IMG/VR virus record: IMGVR_UViG_3300030433_002499
Coordinates: 1-40,811 of that record
From: a virus
Taxonomy: Duplodnaviria; Caudoviricetes
Strand: one strand, 5' to 3'
Length of the DNA stretch: 40,811 nucleotides
Shown here one piece after another: positions 34,616-40,811 of this stretch (positions within the stretch are counted from its first letter, which is position 1; each line of letters begins with the position of its first letter). Below the pieces are notes generated by a model, which was given only the letters and a program-made list of their open reading frames with translations, had not been told where the DNA came from and made no database searches. Made by a program: the position numbers and the translations under genes.

Positions 34616-36519
34616 TTTTCATGTCGGGCCAAGTGGTTGCACAAATGAAACAACTCAATGAACAGTTTGAGGCATTCATTAAATTACAAACCGAGGCCAA
34701 GCAGGAAGCAGTTAAAGCAGCAGAAGCAGCAGAAAAAGCCTTGAAAAAGGAAACCGCTACTATCAAAGCACTTAATCTTACTTACAATAAGAAGGGTAAG
34801 TTAGTTAGAAACGGAAAGGTTTTAGTTAATGAATTTGGCCAAGAAGTAAATAGAGTTGGTGAAGTCGTATCAAACTTTAACAAAAGAACGACTGTTTTAA
34901 CAAAGGCTATTGAAGACTTAAACAACCAAGGTAAATCGTTTGAGATTTTCTCAAAGACTACTCGTAAAGCATACATGGATGCTGGAGGAAATATCTTTGA
35001 ATTTTTAGCAGAAGCAATTGCAGGAACAAGAGAAGAAATTACTATTTTTGGACAAGAAGGTGCAAAAATTAGAAAAATTATGTATGGTTTCTTTCCGCCA
35101 GGAACATTCAGAGCATTAAATAGGGCATCTTCTGTTCTTCAAGCAATTGGTAGTGCTACGAGAAGGGCGCAAAGAAGCACCGCAGATTACCAAGCAGATA
35201 TTGAAAAGTTAAAGGAAGCGCAAAAGGGATTAGCAGAGGATGATGAGGACTTTATCAATCTTCAAAAATCTATTGACAAAATGCGAGAAGATATGCGACA
35301 AAGTGGCGGAAATATTATTGGAACCACGGTTAAGGCATTAGGTAAAATTCCAAGATTGGGCAAATTTACCAAAGGGTTAGAAGAAAGCAGAGCAGTAATA
35401 GAAAGAGGCCAAACAAGAAGAATTCAATTAGAAACACCTTTTGGCGATATAGAGCAAGCAAAACAAGAACAACAAAGGCTTTTAAGACTGAGAGGTTCTC
35501 AATTCGGTGCGGGTGCGGGTTTTAGAACGGCGGCTGAGGAAAGTAATTTAGAATTACTAAATGACATTCTCAATTATTCCGAGTTAGGTGATGCTGTTGT
35601 TCAAGGCTTTATCAATAGCCCTATTGTTGCTATATTTGATGGAATAGAGTCATTTGTCAAAAAATCTGGCCTATTCTTAAGAAAGGTATTTTCAAAGGAC
35701 TTCGGTAAAAAGGTCATGTCTTTTGTTGGCATGGCGATGAAATTCATGTTTAGTGTAATGATTTACGCAACGCTATTCTTTACTCTATTATACTTCTTTA
35801 GAAGGCCAATCAGTAATGCCCTTTCTGCTATTGGAAAACTTGTAAAGGAACAATTACCAGCATTTAAAGAATCAATGATGAGTAGTTTCCGTTTGATTAA
35901 AAGCAGTTTTATGGACATTTACAATGGATTCAAAGACGGCGACCTTCTCCAAGTCTTTGAAGGAATTTGGGGCGTTGCTTGGGGAGTTTTGAGTGCCGCT
36001 TTCAAGGTTCTTTTGGCGGTTGGAACGGTTGCCTTGGTGGGTCTTGGGGCTTTCATTGGTGATTTCTTCTTACGAATTTTGGAGTGGTTAGGCCAAACAT
36101 GGACGGCGTTTTGGAATGGAGAATGGAAAACAGTTTTGAAAAAGATTGGCGTTGCCGTGGCCGTCTTAACTGTTCTATTCGTGGGATGGCCAGCCCTTAT
36201 CGCTACGGCAATTATTGGCGGTGTCGTTGCTTTGATTAATTTCGTTAGAAATAGGTTCTTCGCTGATGGAGGAATTACGCCTGCTGGATTGACCGTCGTT
36301 GGTGAAAGAGGCCCCGAATTGGTTAATTTGCCAGCAGGGTCAAGGGTTCATTCTAACAGGGATTCTGCAAAGATGATGGGCGGTTCTGTTGTGAACAATT
36401 TCAACATTACAGTGAATGCAAAAGATACTTCTAAGGCAGAAATGCGAAGAATTGCAGACGAAATCGGAAAGCAAATCAATCAAAAAATGAATCGTAAGCG
36501 GGGAGCAAATGTTGTTTGA
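34612..36519 (+). CDS. Tail tape measure protein
   Basis: Helical, with hydrophobic and aromatic repeats; C-terminal FADGG...VVGERGPELV motif; follows the chaperones. Confidence 0.85.
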   Translation: MIFMSGQVVAQMKQLNEQFEAFIKLQTEAKQEAVKAAEAAEKALKKETATIKALNLTYNKKGKLVRNGKVLVNEFGQEVNRVGEVVSNFNKRTTVLTKAIEDLNNQGKSFEIFSKTTRKAYMDAGGNIFEFLAEAIAGTREEITIFGQEGAKIRKIMYGFFPPGTFRALNRASSVLQAIGSATRRAQRSTADYQADIEKLKEAQKGLAEDDEDFINLQKSIDKMREDMRQSGGNIIGTTVKALGKIPRLGKFTKGLEESRAVIERGQTRRIQLETPFGDIEQAKQEQQRLLRLRGSQFGAGAGFRTAAEESNLELLNDILNYSELGDAVVQGFINSPIVAIFDGIESFVKKSGLFLRKVFSKDFGKKVMSFVGMAMKFMFSVMIYATLFFTLLYFFRRPISNALSAIGKLVKEQLPAFKESMMSSFRLIKSSFMDIYNGFKDGDLLQVFEGIWGVAWGVLSAAFKVLLAVGTVALVGLGAFIGDFFLRILEWLGQTWTAFWNGEWKTVLKKIGVAVAVLTVLFVGWPALIATAIIGGVVALINFVRNRFFADGGITPAGLTVVGERGPELVNLPAGSRVHSNRDSAKMMGGSVVNNFNITVNAKDTSKAEMRRIADEIGKQINQKMNRKRGANVV

Positions 36520-36528
36520 GGTGGGTAA

Positions 36529-37206
36529 ATGCCAATTAATGTGATAGATACAGACCACTTCGTTTTCCTCAAGACAGGAATGTATGATGAAAGCGAAGGA
36601 CTAAGAGTGAATACTGTTGCTCTTAAGGCGACCTCAATCAATGTTTCTGTAAATAGAACTGTTCCTAATATTCCTGTTCCCCTATCAAGCCTTGTTCGTG
36701 GAGAAGCAGAGCGAGTCGGTGTTGATTTGGGTTTTGGTGAGAAGTCCGTTGAAATTACAGGATTTATCACAAATCAAACAATTAGAAGAACGCACACCAG
36801 AATTGACCCCAATGATAATAGTAGTGCGGTAAGAGCCATCAATATGACCGCAGGGGAAGTTGCCCAATTGATTGCTTCTGGCGTTGATTCTTCGGGTTTA
36901 GCACGACACCAAACAATGAACGAATTAGTTTTCAAAATCAATTCAAATATTGACCATACCTACACAGAAAGAACAACCCCGCTATTTATTCCATTTACCT
37001 TTGCTTCAAGAGGGGATGCTTTTGAAAAAGACAATAAAGGCGTTCCCTTACCGAGTGCATTTCCAAGCGGCACTACTCAATCAGACTTAGATAAAGAAAC
37101 AGGACTAAAGGGCTACATTGAGAGTTTTAGTTTCAGTTTAGAAGGTGATTCTCCCGTAGATATTTCATTTAGTATGAGTTTTAAAGTTGCACGCATTTTC
37201 CCTTGA
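36529..37206 (+). CDS. Putative distal tail/baseplate hub protein
   Basis: Immediately after the tape measure; DLGFGEKSVEITGFI...GYIESFSFSL...FSMSFKV beta pattern. Confidence 0.6.
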   Translation: MPINVIDTDHFVFLKTGMYDESEGLRVNTVALKATSINVSVNRTVPNIPVPLSSLVRGEAERVGVDLGFGEKSVEITGFITNQTIRRTHTRIDPNDNSSAVRAINMTAGEVAQLIASGVDSSGLARHQTMNELVFKINSNIDHTYTERTTPLFIPFTFASRGDAFEKDNKGVPLPSAFPSGTTQSDLDKETGLKGYIESFSFSLEGDSPVDISFSMSFKVARIFP

Positions 37207-37216
37207 GGCGATATTT

Positions 37217-38356
37217 ATGTATGACATTTACATTGGAAAACAAAAAAGCATTGTTTTTCCAATCATGTGTAATGCTCATATTAAAATCGGATATGCGGAA
37301 AATATTCCCGACATTTTCAGCACCTCAAGCGACACAACCGATGATGCACCGCATGGGTTATGGGCGCATTCTGGCTCGTTCACCTTTGAGGCTATTCTCA
37401 CACCGTATGACATAAACGGAACGGGTGCGGCTGGTCTAAGAGGCAGAACAGCGCAACAAACGAATGACCTCATCATGCCTCAAGGCGGAACGGGCAAACT
37501 TAGCGAAGAATACCTTCCTGTGGCTGACCGATACTCCCATGAGATGTGCATTTTCCACAATGATAACTTTAGAATTACTTTGCTTAATTCCACTACAACA
37601 AATAACAATCAGCCAGCAGAATATAAAATCAAGGTTTATTTGACTCTTGGCACGACTCAAGAAACCTTTATCAGTCCTGTTGTGATTAAGGCATCGGATA
37701 AGAAAAACTGGTCTTATGGAGATTCTCATGTCAAAAATAATTTAAGCGGCTTCAATAAAAACGGAGAGATTATTTATGATAGTGTAGCAAGAATGACTAA
37801 TACGCATACTATTGGTGCTTCAATTAGTGTAAATACAACAGAAGTTCACGGCTCAAGAGCCTTAGCAGATGTTTTCTTTGAAGGCCAAGAAATCTTTACT
37901 AGAAACGGTTTTGATTTTACTTCTATTGGAACAATTGCTTCTGGTGGTGTTGGTTCGGGTTCTTTGACTTTAACCAGTAGTCCAGGCCTTATTTTAGATG
38001 AAACTGAAATATATGTTAAGACATTCAAAGAACCAAAGTATGCAGAAAATATGCACCATATTGCAGTAGCCTACTATGACTCGGGGAAAACAATTCGCAT
38101 ATTCTACAATCGTAAGTTAGTTTTTACTGGAAACCATACCCAATCAAATGAATTTAGTTTCGCCCGAACAGATTGTATTTTAGGAAAGAACACTACCGGA
38201 GATAATGATGCATCAACAGATATGCAATTCATGGGCGAATTACATGAAGTGGCGATGGAAAACTTTGCTAAGAAAGACATTGTTTATACTAATTCTTTGT
38301 TTCCTGCATATGATACTTCTCTACTTTATTTGCGATTTGAGGAGGTGGACTTATGA
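37217..38356 (+). CDS. Tail protein with LamG/concanavalin A-like domain
   Basis: SFTFEAIL, HHIAVAY...IRIFYNRKLV and FMGELHEVAM LamG strands; ATG 37217 follows GAGG. Confidence 0.7.
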   Translation: MYDIYIGKQKSIVFPIMCNAHIKIGYAENIPDIFSTSSDTTDDAPHGLWAHSGSFTFEAILTPYDINGTGAAGLRGRTAQQTNDLIMPQGGTGKLSEEYLPVADRYSHEMCIFHNDNFRITLLNSTTTNNNQPAEYKIKVYLTLGTTQETFISPVVIKASDKKNWSYGDSHVKNNLSGFNKNGEIIYDSVARMTNTHTIGASISVNTTEVHGSRALADVFFEGQEIFTRNGFDFTSIGTIASGGVGSGSLTLTSSPGLILDETEIYVKTFKEPKYAENMHHIAVAYYDSGKTIRIFYNRKLVFTGNHTQSNEFSFARTDCILGKNTTGDNDASTDMQFMGELHEVAMENFAKKDIVYTNSLFPAYDTSLLYLRFEEVDL

Positions 38357-40811
38357 CTGTTCAAATTGGTGGATTAGTTACTTCTTATAACAATCCTGCA
38401 AATAACAATTATGATACGCCGACGAATCCTTTGATTACTTTTAATCCTGTTTTAAGTGCAGGAAATAGAATCTTTTCTTTGGTGTTGAATAGTGGAAGCG
38501 GAACAACAGCCGCTACGAGATTTGATGAAATCGTGAGTGGAGCAGACTTACTTACGGAGTATTCTAATCTGCACGCTACCGATGGCTTTTCTATTCGTTG
38601 CTTTGATTCCTTTAACAATGTAGGCATCAATTTGGCTACGGTTGATTTAAGCACGAATGACTACTTCGTTCTCATTCATTCCGATAATGAAAATATGCAT
38701 CACTTTGCGAAAATTACTAAAATTACAGGTGTCGGCGCAGACCAAGACGGAGATAAGTTTCACTTTAGCCCAAGACTCGGAAGCGAGATTGCGAAAGATG
38801 TTAAGTTTATGCTTTTCAAGGGGCCATCAACAACCACAAATTTGATTGCGATTACTGCTGGAATTAAAACAGAAGTGTCAAAATTAGTTTGCGCTCGCCC
38901 CTACTTCTATTTTTACGATGATAAACTTGATACTGCTGGCGAGTTAGACCATAACGATAAGTATTTTATTAGAACAAAAACCTTAGCAAACACTTCAACG
39001 GATGCTTCTATTCTATTGAATACGGGTGGAGATAATACAACTTTCACAACAATTAGCGACTACCGAAATAAAATTGTAGATTATAGTAGGTTTAATTATA
39101 GCATTACTCTCAAAGATAAATTGAAAGAATTAGATGACCCCGATACTGCAACAAGCAACGAAAGCACTGCACTATCGGGAACATTTACTACTTTAACAGA
39201 CTATAATGATTGTTTCATTAACGCAAAAAGGGACACTGATGATAGCACTGCCGCAAAGGTATTTACTGGAAATAAAAGATATGTATATTACAACACTTCC
39301 CCAGAAATTAACAATTATATGCCATCAGTCTATGAGGCAGAAATTGAGGATTCTTTTGATAAAGCGGGCTTTGCCTCTTTATCAATGATTGATATTACAA
39401 AGAACCTTTCTAATCGCGTATTCGTTGATGATAGGTTGGTTGCTTATCAACGATTACAGGAGGACGACTTGAGAGAATGGGTTGAAGTGGGAACGATTAG
39501 CGCACTCCATACTTCCCCGAGAACCTACACCTTAACCCAACTTAAGGAAAGACCAAACCTGTTCTTTGTTGCGAACATGGAGGTCAAAATCGGAACACGA
39601 ATATGCATCATTGATTCGGTAGCCAGCACCGACAGAATCGTTTTGAAAGCCGATAGTCGCTTAGAAACAGAGGGCGCATTCACCACAACGACTTCTCTTA
39701 GTAGTTTTGCTCAAGGAGATAAGGTGTATAGAAGAAGAATGTCGCACTTAGACTCAACCTACATCACCTCGGCAAACTTTGAAGAAAGCAAGTTATCCCG
39801 AATGTCTGGCCTTGTTCAAGCGACTTCATATCCTACAAAACACTGCGATATTGGTTCGCTGATTACAAATGCAAACGACGACTACGGCCTTCTCACGATT
39901 ACCTTTGGCAATAACATTTTGGATAGCACAAGCGGCCTTGAGAGAGTGCAAGGAAACTTTGTTCTCTATTACGAAGTATTCTATGGTGCGGTTGAGCAGA
40001 TTGAACGCCGCCTTGAAGAAGGGCAGACCTTTATGGACATCAAATCAAGAAACTCTCTTGCTAAGTTAGTAGATGTAATCGTCAATAAAAACACCCTCTT
40101 CTCAAGTGATGTTATTTATAGTAGTCAAAGCCCTTACAATGATTTGATTACTACTGGACAAACTGCAACTTGGAACTTTAATAGCAACCAAGTGACATTT
40201 AGCAGTTCAGTTTCTCTTTCTGATAATGACCATTTATGGTGCGAACACGGCTATATTGGTCAAGTAAATGGAAACCAAACAGGCACTTCTATTGGATTGC
40301 ACACTCACCCATATAGTCGCTCATCAACAGCAATAACCGTATTTAAAGAAAATTCAAAACTCTATATGTTAAATAAGGCTCTTGCAGGAAATAAAGATGT
40401 GGCTTCTATTACAAGCCTTACGGGAACAAGCGATAAGGGTTTTCATTTTAGAGATGGAATTAGATTAACTGGAGACTTTGATGCATTAGCAGATGGGGCG
40501 ACATTGGTTGGAACCTCAGATGATACTTCTACTAAAGCAGTAGGTTATAACATTGATAAGGTGAAGAATGTTGAAGGAGATTTAGATTTCAATTTAGATA
40601 TTACAGGTTTTTCCGATGATATTGTAAATACGCTCATTGACTTTACTATTCTTTCGGTAAAAGGCGGAGATACAAAAACAGTAAAACTAGCACCTTATAT
40701 GCCCCTTACTTTAGGGAGAGAGAAGGATAACAGGGCGACTGTTGATGATTCTTTTACTAATTTGGCTCAAATATCTATAGCCGCCTCAAATACAAATGTA
40801 ATTGGTTGCAC
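38353..40811 (+). CDS. Large tail/tail-tip protein, truncated at window end
   Basis: GGAGGTG RBS and ATGA overlap at 38353; frame 1 (MTVQIGGLVTSYNNPANNNYDTPTNP...) appears open to the window end; Ser/Thr/Asn-rich; probably absent from the ORF track because it has no stop. Confidence 0.75.
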   Translation, partial: MTVQIGGLVTSYNNPANNNYDTPTNPLITFNPVLSAGNRIFSLVLNSGSGTTAATRFDEIVSGADLLTEYSNLHATDGFSIRCFDSFNNVGINLATVDLSTNDYFVLIHSDNENMHHFAKITKITGVGADQDGDKFHFSPRLGSEIAKDVKFMLFKGPSTTTNLIAITAGIKTEVSKLVCARPYFYFYDDKLDTAGELDHNDKYFIRTKTLANTSTDASILLNTGGDNTTFTTISDYRNKIVDYSRFNYSITLKDKLKELDDPDTATSNESTALSGTFTTLTDYNDCFINAKRDTDDSTAAKVFTGNKRYVYYNTSPEINNYMPSVYEAEIEDSFDKAGFASLSMIDITKNLSNRVFVDDRLVAYQRLQEDDLREWVEVGTISALHTSPRTYTLTQLKERPNLFFVANMEVKIGTRICIIDSVASTDRIVLKADSRLETEGAFTTTTSLSSFAQGDKVYRRRMSHLDSTYITSANFEESKLSRMSGLVQATSYPTKHCDIGSLITNANDDYGLLTITFGNNILDSTSGLERVQGNFVLYYEVFYGAVEQIERRLEEGQTFMDIKSRNSLAKLVDVIVNKNTLFSSDVIYSSQSPYNDLITTGQTATWNFNSNQVTFSSSVSLSDNDHLWCEHGYIGQVNGNQTGTSIGLHTHPYSRSSTAITVFKENSKLYMLNKALAGNKDVASITSLTGTSDKGFHFRDGIRLTGDFDALADGATLVGTSDDTSTKAVGYNIDKVKNVEGDLDFNLDITGFSDDIVNTLIDFTILSVKGGDTKTVKLAPYMPLTLGREKDNRATVDDSFTNLAQISIAASNTNVIGC

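Noticed and set aside
962-38654. Numerous minus-strand ORFs of 60-194 aa in the track
   Set aside because: All lie antisense to well-supported + strand genes and show the Ser/Phe/Leu-rich composition expected from the reverse complement of Lys/Glu-rich coding DNA
1-40811. tRNA, rRNA, CRISPR array, integrase or reverse transcriptase/DGR
   Set aside because: None was recognised by eye, and the intergenic gaps are too short; a tRNAscan or Infernal run was not possible

Overview
This window is the virion-morphogenesis region of a tailed dsDNA virus (Caudoviricetes) with an HK97-type head and probably a non-contractile tail, since no sheath gene is seen. All credible genes are on the + strand and tightly packed, many with GGTGA/GAGGTG Shine-Dalgarno motifs overlapping the upstream stop codon. 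Those signals, the TATA-like promoter candidates and the gene content suggest a euryarchaeal host, possibly a magrovirus-like virus of marine Poseidoniales; this is an inference, not a database result. The recognisable core order is: large helical proteins, terminase large subunit, LAGLIDADG-domain protein, portal, ATP-dependent DNA ligase, prohead protease/scaffold, major capsid protein, a membrane-protein/small-GTPase block, head-tail adaptor, tail completion protein, tail tube, tail chaperones with a -1 frameshift, tape measure and tail-tip proteins. The most striking unexplained signal is that at least 13 otherwise unrelated ORFs scattered between the core genes begin with the same leader peptide, M-x(0-2)-W-x-x-[IV]-[LI]-K. 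This leader resembles the C-terminal motif of the protease/scaffold (MDWNQIHKM), and in one case it lies in a perfect 27-bp direct repeat. I propose a modular capsid cargo-loading system with swappable cassettes. A second candidate novelty is an Arf/Sar1-like small GTPase clustered with membrane proteins, possibly a membrane-remodelling or egress module.
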